From: Candidatus Parcubacteria bacterium
GTDB lineage: Bacteria; Patescibacteriota; Minisyncoccia; Phycocordibacterales; PALSA-1337
NCBI GenBank assembly: GCA_028286835.1
Contig: JAQBQT010000011.1
Location: 5,246 to 69,245, forward strand
DNA: 64,000 bases
Direction of reading: 5' to 3'
Position 1 is the first letter of the stretch. Every line of letters begins with the position of its first letter. Below are positions 27,682 to 37,000 of this stretch, piece by piece. Both the position numbers and the translations under genes were made by a program. Below the pieces are notes generated by a model. The model saw only the letters and a program-made list of their open reading frames with translations, did no database searches and was not told the DNA's origin.

Positions 27682-27705
27682 GCGCGCATAAACCCACAGC
27701 ACTCT

Positions 27706-28425
27706 ATGATCGAAATCAAAAACATCACCAAGACATATGTGAACGGCGACAACGAGACCCGCGCATTGCGCGGGGTCTCATTCACGATCAAGGACGGTGA
27801 ATTCGTGGCCATCATGGGCCCGTCAGGATCAGGCAAATCCACGCTCATGCACATCCTCGGATGCCTCGACACGCCGACGTCCGGCACGTATGTGCTCGAC
27901 GGCAATGACGTCTCGACGCTTTCGGATGACGATCTCGCCGACATCCGCCATAACCGCATAGGCTTCGTCTTCCAGTCATTCAACCTGCTGTCGCGCGCCA
28001 CTGTACTCCGAAACGTCACCCTTCCCCTCATATACGCTGAAGTGCCTGAATCGGAGCGCAATGCCCGGGCGCATGCCGCCCTTTCAGCAGCGGGGCTTCC
28101 CGAGGATCGCTACAACCACATGTCGAACCAGCTTTCCGGCGGACAGATCCAGCGCGTGGCCATCGCCCGAGCTCTCGTGAATAACCCGTCTCTCATCCTC
28201 GCTGACGAACCGACCGGCAACCTGGACTCGCAGACCGGCGATATCGTCCTTGGCACGTTCCAGCGCCTGAACAAGGAGTTTGCGCGCACCATCATCCTCA
28301 TCACCCACGAGCGCGAAGTCGCCGAGCATGCCGACCGCATCATTTATATAAAGGACGGCGCCATCCTGGAGGACGGGAGCTCGCATAAGAAGCGCATGAT
28401 CGAGCACGGCAAGAAAAAGGCTTAG
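27706..28425 (+). CDS. ABC transporter ATP-binding protein, MacB/LolD-like
   Basis: Walker [10 protein letters not shown], the [15 protein letters not shown] signature, Walker [12 protein letters not shown], and the H-loop. Confidence 0.9.
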   Translation: MIEIKNITKTYVNGDNETRALRGVSFTIKDGEFVAIMGPSGSGKSTLMHILGCLDTPTSGTYVLDGNDVSTLSDDDLADIRHNRIGFVFQSFNLLSRATVLRNVTLPLIYAEVPESERNARAHAALSAAGLPEDRYNHMSNQLSGGQIQRVAIARALVNNPSLILADEPTGNLDSQTGDIVLGTFQRLNKEFARTIILITHEREVAEHADRIIYIKDGAILEDGSSHKKRMIEHGKKKA

Positions 28426-28457
28426 CATCTGCATCATACCCTCTTCAACCAAAAAAC

Positions 28458-29684
28458 ATGACCACCACAGACATACTCCATGAGACATTCTCGGCCCTGA
28501 CCGCCAACAAGGTGCGGACGGCCCTCACCATGCTCGGAATCGTCATCGGCATCAGCTCGGTCATCATCATGGTCTCGATCGGCCAGGGCGCACAGGCGAC
28601 CATCCAGAACTCGATCCAGTCCATCGGCTCCAACCTCATCATGGTGTCGCCGGGAGCCACCCGCAGCTTCGGCTACGGCGCTTCGACCGGGCGAGGCTCC
28701 GCGCGCACGCTCACCATGGGAGACGTATCCGCGATCTCTTCGGGCGTCCAGAATATAAACGCCATCTCCCCCGAAGTCTCCAGCCGCTACCAGGTCACGG
28801 CCAAAGGCACGAATACGAACACGACAGTGACAGGCTCGACTCCGGCCTATACGACAGTCCACAACGTCACCGTCGATGACGGCTCGTTCATCTCCCAAGG
28901 CGATGTGGACAATAAGAGCAAAGTCGCCGTGATAGGCCCGACGACGGCCACCGACCTGTTCGGCGATGGCGTAGAGGCAGTCGGCCAGTCCATCCGCATC
29001 AACGGCCTGGAATTCAAGGTGATCGGGGTCACCAAATCAAAAGGCGGCAGCGGCTTCGGGAACCAGGACGATGCCATCTATGTTCCGCTTTCGAGCGCCC
29101 AGCTCTTCCTGGCCGGCAACACGACATACATAACGGCCCTGAGCGTCTCAGCGACCGACGCGTCTGTCATGACGCAGGTCCAAAATGACATCACGAACAT
29201 CCTTCTCGAGCGCCACAAGATCGCAGACGCCGCCAACGCAGACTTCAACGTTTTGAATCAAGCCGACATCGTCTCGGCGGCTGCTGGCGTTACAGGAACA
29301 TTCACCATCCTCCTCGCGGCAGTGGCTGGCATATCGCTCGTCGTCGGCGGCATCGGCATCATGAACATGATGCTCACCACGGTGACCGAGCGCACCCGAG
29401 AAATCGGATTGCGCAAAGCCATCGGCGCAAAGCGCCGCGACATAACCATTCAATTCTTGACCGAAGCGATGGCTCTCACCATCATCGGCGGTGCGATAGG
29501 CGTGGCCATAGGCTGGGGAGCGGCATACGCAGTCACTGCCACCGGGATCCTTCAGACCAGCGTTTCAATGTCATCTATTTTACTTGCCTTCGGCGTCTCT
29601 GCGGCGATCGGCATCATCTTCGGCTACTACCCCGCCCTGCGCGCAAGTCGGCTCAATCCGATAGAAGCCTTGAGGTACGAATAG
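28458..29684 (+). CDS. ABC transporter permease, FtsX/MacB family
   Basis: MacB-type topology: an N-terminal TM helix, a large periplasmic domain, and three C-terminal TM helices. Contains the conserved TERTREIGLRKAIGA motif. Confidence 0.9.
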   Translation: MTTTDILHETFSALTANKVRTALTMLGIVIGISSVIIMVSIGQGAQATIQNSIQSIGSNLIMVSPGATRSFGYGASTGRGSARTLTMGDVSAISSGVQNINAISPEVSSRYQVTAKGTNTNTTVTGSTPAYTTVHNVTVDDGSFISQGDVDNKSKVAVIGPTTATDLFGDGVEAVGQSIRINGLEFKVIGVTKSKGGSGFGNQDDAIYVPLSSAQLFLAGNTTYITALSVSATDASVMTQVQNDITNILLERHKIADAANADFNVLNQADIVSAAAGVTGTFTILLAAVAGISLVVGGIGIMNMMLTTVTERTREIGLRKAIGAKRRDITIQFLTEAMALTIIGGAIGVAIGWGAAYAVTATGILQTSVSMSSILLAFGVSAAIGIIFGYYPALRASRLNPIEALRYE

Positions 29685-29704
29685 TTTGGATGGCCGAGAA
29701 TAAT

Positions 29705-30313
29705 CTATCTCACGTACGCTTTCAGCATCGCGGCGACATCTACGAAGTTCACGCCCGTCGGCACTGTGAACTGGCTATCGGCTGCAACCCATGGAGAACA
29801 TGAGTATGAGACCTGCTGATCCAAGCTGACCTGATTCTTATTCATGCTCGAAGACTGCAAGGATTCCATGGAAGAAAGGGTCATAGTCGCGCCCTGCGAG
29901 CCGGACCAGACATGCACTGAATCGCCGCTGCGGATCATGTGAGAAACAACTGTGTTTCCCGAGACTGTCGAAGTGAAATCGCCGCGCATCTTGCCATCGT
30001 GGAGATAGACGGTGCCAGTCGTGCCGCCCTGCTTTGTCGTTGCGTTCACCTCACACTTCTGGCTTCCCGAGAACGAAAGGAATGCCCTGATGGAAGCCAT
30101 CGAGGAGTTCTTGGTCGAAGTCGCGTTTGTCTTAGTGCCGGCCACAGAGGCAGACGTGGACGATGTAACAGATGCAGCGGCAGAGGTATCTGCAGGCGCC
30201 GGTGCTGGTGCTTTTTTGTTGTGATAATAGACTCCTCCACCGATCGCGGCGACTACCGCAATAGCAATGACGATAAGGATCGGAACGAACCCCTTGGTAT
30301 ATGTGTTATTCAT
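29705..30313 (-). CDS. hypothetical secreted/membrane-anchored protein
   Basis: TM helix followed by an Ala/Ser/Thr-rich linker. The start was moved to the ATG at 30313 (MNNTYTKGF). This removes the overlap with the upstream gene and puts a TATATACT element 9 nt upstream. Confidence 0.5.
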   Translation of the reverse strand: MNNTYTKGFVPILIVIAIAVVAAIGGGVYYHNKKAPAPAPADTSAAASVTSSTSASVAGTKTNATSTKNSSMASIRAFLSFSGSQKCEVNATTKQGGTTGTVYLHDGKMRGDFTSTVSGNTVVSHMIRSGDSVHVWSGSQGATMTLSSMESLQSSSMNKNQVSLDQQVSYSCSPWVAADSQFTVPTGVNFVDVAAMLKAYVR

Positions 30314-30332
30314 GGTGCCAGTAGTATATATC

Positions 30333-30959
30333 CTACTGGCGTTCGGCAAAAGCGGCATTTATGTCCTTCACGATCTCGGGGAATTCCGCCATGCGGAAAT
30401 GGCCCTTATTCTTGAACACGGTTGTCCGAGCTTGCGGCAAAAGCTTCGCGTATTTCTTGAAGCTAGAAAATGACACGACTGGATCGTCCTCGCTCGCATA
30501 GAGGTGAACCTTGTCGCCCAGCTTCTCGAGGCGCGACAAGTCCTTCGGCAGGACGAAATCTGCAAGCTGATCCTTCGAATCACGATCGCGATATGGGGCG
30601 GCGACAAGGAATAAGGCAGTTATCTTTTTCTTGTCAGCATTCTCGGCAAAGTATCTGGCTAGGAATATCCCGCCCAAGGAATGCCCTATGAATATCGGGC
30701 CATTGTCCAGGAACTTGAACAGCTTCTCGAACCAGATCTTCCATTCGGCATATTTCGCGTTCATCCAGTTCGGCATTTCAGGCGAGAGCACTTCATACCC
30801 TTCGCCGAGCGCCGCGTGCAGGTTGCTCTTCCAGCCCTGCATGGTCGGATTGGAAACAAGCTCGTCTTTTTCTATTGTCCACGCACGAAGCGCGCGGAGG
30901 TATGATACCTCGTTGTTGTGCACATCGCCGCCGTGAATGGTGACTATCTGTCTTTTCAT
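30333..30959 (-). CDS. alpha/beta hydrolase, YdeN/RBBP9-like serine hydrolase
   Basis: The GHSLGG nucleophile elbow, a later Asp, and GHF near the C-terminus. ~208 aa. Confidence 0.7.
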   Translation of the reverse strand: MKRQIVTIHGGDVHNNEVSYLRALRAWTIEKDELVSNPTMQGWKSNLHAALGEGYEVLSPEMPNWMNAKYAEWKIWFEKLFKFLDNGPIFIGHSLGGIFLARYFAENADKKKITALFLVAAPYRDRDSKDQLADFVLPKDLSRLEKLGDKVHLYASEDDPVVSFSSFKKYAKLLPQARTTVFKNKGHFRMAEFPEIVKDINAAFAERQ

Positions 30960-31028
30960 GGATCCAGTATATCAAAGTCAGGCAATAAAAAAGCCCGCGC
31001 ACGCGCGCAGGCTCTGAGGCTAAATGAT

Positions 31029-31484
31029 TTACGCTGGGATGAACAATCTCCGAAGCCTGTCGATATCGTTCTGGAGAAAATCCCGAAGATACAGACACGG
31101 AAACGGATCCGTTTCCAGACCATGGCCGATGCCTCCGAAGATGACGTATTTGCCTTTACGCAGGTACACACCCGGAATGCCGAAATCTGCATCGAAACGC
31201 AGCGCATATTCCTTGTCGGTGTCATCGTAGTCGCGTACAAGATCGTACGCTGTTGCCAGCATCGCCCCGTTCAGAGGGCGTTCGAGATCCGAGCGGTAAT
31301 TCTTCGGATTGCGGAATGCATGCGTTGTCAGCACATACGAATCGTTGCCGCTATTCTTAAAGAATTTTATATGACATGCGCCAGCCGTATGCGTGGTTTC
31401 TCGGACGCTTTCCGGTGTCTGCGATATCAACATGTCCATTCCATGCGGGTGCCACCAGAAAGGCGGCATTTCTTCTTCGTTCAT
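31029..31484 (-). CDS. hypothetical protein
   Basis: 151-aa ORF in the same-strand series. No motif recognised. Confidence 0.45.
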   Translation of the reverse strand: MNEEEMPPFWWHPHGMDMLISQTPESVRETTHTAGACHIKFFKNSGNDSYVLTTHAFRNPKNYRSDLERPLNGAMLATAYDLVRDYDDTDKEYALRFDADFGIPGVYLRKGKYVIFGGIGHGLETDPFPCLYLRDFLQNDIDRLRRLFIPA

Positions 31485-31553
31485 TTGTAATCCTTGGTTG
31501 TAGGTTTCAGTTCCTGTTTCTGTTTTCTACCTTACAATCAAAAACATATTTTG

Positions 31554-32009
31554 TCAAACGAGATATGGGACGAAGATGAGCAATCCGATAATTGCTGCAG
31601 TCACCGAAGAAATGAGCACCGCACCGGCTGCGACGTCCTTGGTGTCTCGCGCATAGGGGTGATACTGAGGGGACGTGAGATCGATGTCTATCTCTATCGC
31701 GCTATTGAAAGCTTCAGCTGTGAGAACAAGCCCGCTGGCGAGGATGATGGCGATCCACTCGACGGATGTGATGGAAAAATAGATGCCGAGACATATCGCG
31801 GCGGTGGACATGGCGATCTGAAGCAGCGCGTTCGGCGTATTCAACAGAAAGACCCAGACGCCCCTGCCTGCATGCACGAAGCTCTTCGCGCGATGCTTGA
31901 CGGAGAAGTTGCCTTTCTTTGCGTGATCAGAAGGATGAGCGCTCGGATGAACCGTCGGATGCTCGTTGGTCAGATCGAGAGAATGCTCGGCTGGATGTTG
32001 TTCGTTCAT
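31554..32009 (-). CDS. dgkA: prokaryotic diacylglycerol kinase / undecaprenol kinase family (DgkA)
   Basis: Three TM helices and the conserved EAFNSAIEIDIDLTSPQYHPYARDTKDVAAGAVL pattern of the DAGK_prokar family. Confidence 0.75.
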   Translation of the reverse strand: MNEQHPAEHSLDLTNEHPTVHPSAHPSDHAKKGNFSVKHRAKSFVHAGRGVWVFLLNTPNALLQIAMSTAAICLGIYFSITSVEWIAIILASGLVLTAEAFNSAIEIDIDLTSPQYHPYARDTKDVAAGAVLISSVTAAIIGLLIFVPYLV

Positions 32010-32017
32010 ATGCTCAA

Positions 32018-33094
32018 TTATAGCACCGGCTCCCCTTTTCGCTTGCGCTGGAAAAGCGCTTTTTCAAGGGTGTATTTGTCATATCCATGGGCGAAGAGCG
32101 CCATATTCACGCCGAACAATATGAGATGCGGCCAGACTGTTTCCCCGAAGAAGAGGAGCGAGATGGTGATGAAGAACGTGAAGAAGAGCGCTGCAAAACG
32201 GATCTCGAAGCCAGTCGCAAAGCAGATGCCGATAAGGGCTTCGATGATGAAGGCGCCGAGCACGAGGAAAAGGGGCGTGAAATGGAAATAATTCGTCAAA
32301 TGATAATCATTCACGGTCTGGAGCGCCAGATTGCTGTGCAGGAATTTGGCATAGAATGACGCGAAGAAAAGGGCCGTACCAAAAAGCACCCGGAGTATGA
32401 GGAAGCTGTACCGCTCGGCCGAGCGCGCGAGCCTGCCGAACGCGCGGTCCAGGGCGCGCAATTCCGGAACTGCCCCGTCTAGGGACCATCGTCCTCCGCC
32501 GAGGATGAGGAAAAGGACTGCTTCACCCAGATAATTCGCGTAGGTGAGCATGTAGGTTCCGTATGTGCTCGCGGCGAACGTGAATACAGCCAGCATATAG
32601 AGGGCCATGAATCGCGTCAGGAATCCAAGGACGATGAGCGCCCCGGCGATCATGAGCGAGATGCTCACGGCTGATGCGAACCCTTCGGCGAAGAGAGAGT
32701 GTATCTGAAGTTCGGGCCCGAAGAACGAGCCGAAATACCCCGATGCGAAAACCGAAAGGCCGAATGTCACGCGGGCAATGATGGGCGCATATTTTTTGAG
32801 CCTAATGAGGAATGGATCGAATACTTTCTCAAAGAGGCGCGAGACGGAAATTGAAAGCACGACCAGCGCGACGACGAGGGTGAGCGCGCCATAACTGAGG
32901 AATTTCAGTTCCTGTCCGGGAATGGCCCCGAATGGATTCGGCGACGGGGCCGTGATAGCCGTACTAACCTCTGGCGATGTAAGAACGTACACCTCATGAG
33001 CAGATGCCACGGATGCATGGCTTCCGAAACCGACGAAGCCCATCGAGGCTGTAGCCAGGACTATCGCTCCAAAAAAAGCTGTTAGATTCTTCAT
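32018..33094 (-). CDS. polytopic integral membrane protein of unknown function (DoxX-like repeats suspected)
   Basis: 358 aa with about 8-10 hydrophobic helices and a signal-like N-terminus. Confidence 0.45.
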   Translation of the reverse strand: MKNLTAFFGAIVLATASMGFVGFGSHASVASAHEVYVLTSPEVSTAITAPSPNPFGAIPGQELKFLSYGALTLVVALVVLSISVSRLFEKVFDPFLIRLKKYAPIIARVTFGLSVFASGYFGSFFGPELQIHSLFAEGFASAVSISLMIAGALIVLGFLTRFMALYMLAVFTFAASTYGTYMLTYANYLGEAVLFLILGGGRWSLDGAVPELRALDRAFGRLARSAERYSFLILRVLFGTALFFASFYAKFLHSNLALQTVNDYHLTNYFHFTPLFLVLGAFIIEALIGICFATGFEIRFAALFFTFFITISLLFFGETVWPHLILFGVNMALFAHGYDKYTLEKALFQRKRKGEPVL

Positions 33095-34767
33095 GACGTT
33101 TTGACGATGTGCTCGAATGCGTATTCCAGGGTGCCTCCGACTTTCTTGCCCGGATTGAATATTCCCTTCGGGTCCCAGATCTTCTTGGTCTTCTCGAAGA
33201 GCTCGTAGACCTTGTCGCCGTACTGCATCTTTACGAATGGCGTGCGGATGATGCCGTCGTTGTGCTCGCCCGTGATCGATCCGTTGTAGCTATGCACCAG
33301 CTCGTACACCTTCACCGAAAGGTCGCGGATGATGACGTGCGCTTTTGGGTCAGCCAGATTCATGAGCGGGATGATATGGAAATTGCCGTCGCCCACATGG
33401 CCGGCGATGGTATAGGTGAGGTCGTGCTTGTACGGCTCGAAGATCGCGTAGAGCTTGGGGAGGAACTCCGGCAGGAATTTCGGCAGCACGACGAAGTCGT
33501 CGATGAAGGGCGCCGTGCGCACGCCGTGGATGTGCTGGCGGAGCATATTGAAGCTCTCGCGGCGGATGACCCAGTATTTATGCTCGTCGTTCTCTGTTTT
33601 GGTCACACGGGTACGGACATGGAATTCTTTGAGGGATGTCTGGGCTTCAGTCGCGAGTCTCAAGGCTTCCTCATTCGTGTCGGCGGTGAATTCGGCCATG
33701 AGGACGAGCTTGGGCATGCCTCCTTCGAGGACGGCCATCATTTCCGGAATGAATTCGAGACCGAGAGTAATGATGTTGCCGCCCATCTGATGCATGAGCT
33801 GAGGCAGGAATTTGAAGGCAACCTTGAGCGTCTGGTCGTCATATGACTCGAAGCTCTCGGGATTGTATTTGAGGATATGCGTCGCAGTCTCTCCGAGCTG
33901 ATCGAGGCTCGTGAGGAATGCGACGAGAAGATGCGAGAATTTCTTCGGCTTCACCAGGGCGAATTCTATCTCGGTGATCATGCCGAGCGTTCCCTGCGCG
34001 CCCACGATCATTTTTGTGAGGTCGAACGTGCGCGCGGCTTTGTCGTATACGTTCCAGAGATAGTAGCCACAGGAGTTCTTGGACACGACCGGCTTTGCGG
34101 AGCCTATGAGCTCGGCGTTGTTCATGATGAGGTCCGACATCTTACGGTATATCTCGCCTTCGAACGTCGTGAGGCGCTTCTTATGCTCGAACTCTTCAGC
34201 GGAAAGAGCGGTGAATTCATATTCATTGCCGTCGGCTCATACCATCTTGAGGCGTCGGACGTAGCGCTCGGTCTTGCCGTAGGTCAGCGTCTTCTCGCCG
34301 CCGGAATTGTTGGCTGCGATGCCGCCCACAGTACATAGCTCGCGCGACGCCGGATAGCTCGGGAATATCTGGCCACCCTTCTCCATGGTGGCCTTATCGA
34401 AGTCACGGAAGTAGACGCCTGGCTGGGTTACGGCGTAGCCAGAGATCTCGACGCCTTTTATCGGCGGCTGCGGCTTCTCAACGACTTCTTTGATCTGCGT
34501 GAAATATTTCAGGAATGAGACGACAATAGAGTCCGTGAGCGGCCCGCCCGACATGTCAGTGCCGGCCGAGCGCGCGGTTATATGAACGCCTGGATGGTCG
34601 GATGCGTACTTCACAAGCTTCTTCACATCCTCGACATTTTTTGGATGGACGACCGCCTGAGGACGAACTTCAAAGAGGCTTGCGTCATGGCTTGCTGCCG
34701 TGAGCGCGGCGTCCGTCGTCTCCACATCGCCAGAAATGAGCGCGGCGAGTTCCTGAGGGTTTATCAT
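33091..34767 (-). pseudogene. FAD-linked oxidase (GlcD/D-lactate dehydrogenase family) whose reading frame is broken by a single in-frame TGA at 34237-34239
   Basis: The track ORFs 34237..34767 (FAD_binding_4-like) and 33091..34140 (FAD-oxidase C-terminal domain) are in the same frame. Read-through gives ..YGKTERYVRRLKMV*ADGNEYEF.., and the stop falls where family members carry a hydrophobic residue (the ..VVLADG.. position). Confidence 0.65.
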
Positions 34768-34844
34768 GGATATATTATACCCTACTGATGGCTCTGGGTT
34801 GAAGCATAAAAAAACCGACCTCCGATGGGGCCGGTTGAGGGTAA

Positions 34845-35078
34845 CTATCTACGCAGGGTCTTTTTTGCCAAAACAAAATGGCGTTCGGGTGTAAGCTCCA
34901 ACTCATTCAATTCGAGGCGCTGCCACATGCGCTCAAGTGATTCAAATCGGGAAAGATTATGCCTCTTACCCTCCGCAATTATCTCGTCAGGGCTATTTTT
35001 TCCTGCGCGTATCAAATCGTCTACTGCTGCGTCAAATGCGGCTATAGCAGAAAATGAGTCAGCTGGTTGTTCATTCAT
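34845..35078 (-). CDS. small hypothetical protein (77 aa, predicted helical)
   Basis: ORF with an AT-rich 195-bp upstream region. No family recognised; may not be real. Confidence 0.3.
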   Translation of the reverse strand: MNEQPADSFSAIAAFDAAVDDLIRAGKNSPDEIIAEGKRHNLSRFESLERMWQRLELNELELTPERHFVLAKKTLRR

Positions 35079-35371
35079 GAAATGTCCTTTGTTGGGTTCG
35101 GAATGACTATAGCAGGACAGTTAAAAATGCACAAAACAGGGCGACTTCTCAGACAAAACTCTTTCATTTTGGTTCAGAAAATTCATGTACATTTTACCTG
35201 AGGCGTGTCATAAAAATAGCAATTAATAGAGCCGTGATATGCCAAACTTGACCACAGTATTATACAATTCATGTCAATGAAATTTGTGGATCTGAGCGAA
35301 AGCCTTTTGCCTCAAGCATGTCAGGCCTTCTGAACCTTCCCTGAATCTTAAAAAGAAAAACCACCCTCTCC

Positions 35372-35749
35372 CTACGCCCCGCTCCTGTCGCGCATACGCA
35401 TCCCGCGCACAAAATACGAGCTCTTCACATTGCGACCGATATCCCACATGAGCCAGCCGCCGGCAGCCATAGCAACCACGACGGCGCCTTCCACAACAAC
35501 GGATGTATTCAAAAAAGCGCCCATGAGATAGGCGGCCTCTGCGGCGATACCGGGCACGTTCGACAGATTCTGGATGACGTTCGGAATGGAAACCATGAAT
35601 ACGGCAGTGACGCAACACGACATAAAAATGACAATCTTGAAGGTCTCGGAGCCGAGAGTGCGCTTAACGAAAAAAACCATCCAGACGCGGCGCATGACGT
35701 CCCGGCTGAGCTGGCTCTGATATTCGTATTGATTCAGCGATTGATTCAT
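35372..35749 (-). CDS. putative anti-sigma factor / membrane protein downstream of the ECF sigma gene
   Basis: 125 aa with two to three hydrophobic helices. Starts 5 nt after the sigma gene stop. The overlapping track ORF 35274..35618 is likely spurious. Confidence 0.4.
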   Translation of the reverse strand: MNQSLNQYEYQSQLSRDVMRRVWMVFFVKRTLGSETFKIVIFMSCCVTAVFMVSIPNVIQNLSNVPGIAAEAAYLMGAFLNTSVVVEGAVVVAMAAGGWLMWDIGRNVKSSYFVRGMRMRDRSGA

Positions 35750-35753
35750 TGGT

Positions 35754-36452
35754 TTAACTTTTTGATACCCCCTCTCCTGATTCCGCGGGCGCGAACTCCA
35801 GATTCATCTTCTTGAGCTCCTTCTTGGCGCGGTATATGCGCTGGCGCACCACCTCGTTCGAAACCCCTTCCCTGCGGGCGATCTCCTTCTGGGCCACTCC
35901 CTCGATGAAGTAGAGCCTGACCACACGCCTCAGGAATATCGGCAGCTTCGAAACCAAGCTCATGACATAGTCCGACGTCAGCCGTTTCTCCATCGCATCG
36001 AGCCCCGCCTTGTCCGGAATGATCTCGGCGAACTCAGGCTCGGCCTCGAACGAAACCGTCTGGTGCCGCTCGCGCTTGGTATGGGCCGTATAGCACTGGT
36101 TGACCAGTATCTTATACGCCCAGGAGGAAAAAGACGCTCCCTCCTGTTTCTTGAATTTATGCGAAGCGATGTAAATGCGCACGAACGTTTCCTGGACTGC
36201 GTCATAGGCTGCGTCACGGTCCCGCAAAATAGCGATAGCCTTGCGCATAAAGAGCCGCTCATACCGGCGCACGATCTCCTCGAAAAGAGCCGGGCGGCCC
36301 ACCGAAGCTTTCAGCAATTCCGCATCCCCCAGGGCTTGGAGGCCCAGATCGGCAACGGAAGCATTGAGCTCTAACGTGTGCGTCTTCACAGTACCCTTTA
36401 TAACTCCTATCGAAGCAAAAATGTTACGGGGATGGAATCGTTCCATATGCAT
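35754..36452 (-). CDS. ECF-type sigma-70 family RNA polymerase sigma factor
   Basis: Region 2 (YDAVQETFVRIYIASHKF..FSSWAYKILVNQ) and region 4 (LYFIEGVAQKEIARREGVSNEVVRQRIYRAKKEL). Start chosen at the ATG at 36452 or 36446 (MHMERF / MERF); a TATACT -10 lies immediately upstream. The track start at 36515 is further upstream. Confidence 0.85.
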   Translation of the reverse strand: MHMERFHPRNIFASIGVIKGTVKTHTLELNASVADLGLQALGDAELLKASVGRPALFEEIVRRYERLFMRKAIAILRDRDAAYDAVQETFVRIYIASHKFKKQEGASFSSWAYKILVNQCYTAHTKRERHQTVSFEAEPEFAEIIPDKAGLDAMEKRLTSDYVMSLVSKLPIFLRRVVRLYFIEGVAQKEIARREGVSNEVVRQRIYRAKKELKKMNLEFAPAESGEGVSKS

Positions 36453-36546
36453 ATAAGTATACACCTGCCAGCAGAATGCAAAAAGCCGGATATTTTCCGG
36501 CTTTTGTGCGTGCATTCAGGCGAAGGCCGCCTGAGTTATCCGAAAT

Positions 36547-36948
36547 TTACCAAGAGAGAGCGTACATCCACGGAAGCGGAACGGCCAAGAGCATGAGAAG
36601 CGCTGCTGCGAGGGCGATATCCTTCCAGAAGTGGATATTCTCCGACATGACTGCATTCGGCTCCGTCTCCTTCCAGTATGCGTGCATCTTGAATGCGGCG
36701 CCGAGAAGGAAGATGACGAGACAGAGGATGCCCAAACGAACCCAGATGCCGAGAAGCAGCGTGATGCCGCCAATGGCGAGAAGGACGCCCGTGCCAATGA
36801 CCGCGAACTTGGCGGTACCGACGGACTTGTAGCCGGCCTTGGCCTGCGTGTAGCCCACAAGCCCTGCTGACTTGAAGAGATGCTGATACGCGGCATGGAG
36901 CCAGTACAATGCGAAAACGATGCGTCCGACGAGGAATAAGACTGTCAT
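36547..36948 (-). CDS. DoxX family membrane protein
   Basis: 133 aa with four TM helices and a DoxX-like pattern. Confidence 0.7.
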   Translation of the reverse strand: MTVLFLVGRIVFALYWLHAAYQHLFKSAGLVGYTQAKAGYKSVGTAKFAVIGTGVLLAIGGITLLLGIWVRLGILCLVIFLLGAAFKMHAYWKETEPNAVMSENIHFWKDIALAAALLMLLAVPLPWMYALSW

Positions 36949-37000
36949 ATGTGGTATATGGTATTAAATCAACCTTTTATAAAACCGTGGGTACTATAGT

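Noticed and set aside
33091-34767. UGA recoding (code 4/25) or selenocysteine at the in-frame TGA
   Set aside because: rpoB, rpoC, pyrG and the other long genes are uninterrupted under standard code, so UGA is a stop in this genome. The TGA aligns with a hydrophobic position rather than a Cys, and no SECIS-like hairpin was seen downstream.
35274-35618. 114-aa Arg/Cys-rich ORF overlapping the putative anti-sigma gene
   Set aside because: It is out of frame inside a better membrane-protein ORF (35372..35749) and has low-complexity R/G/C composition typical of spurious GC-rich frames.
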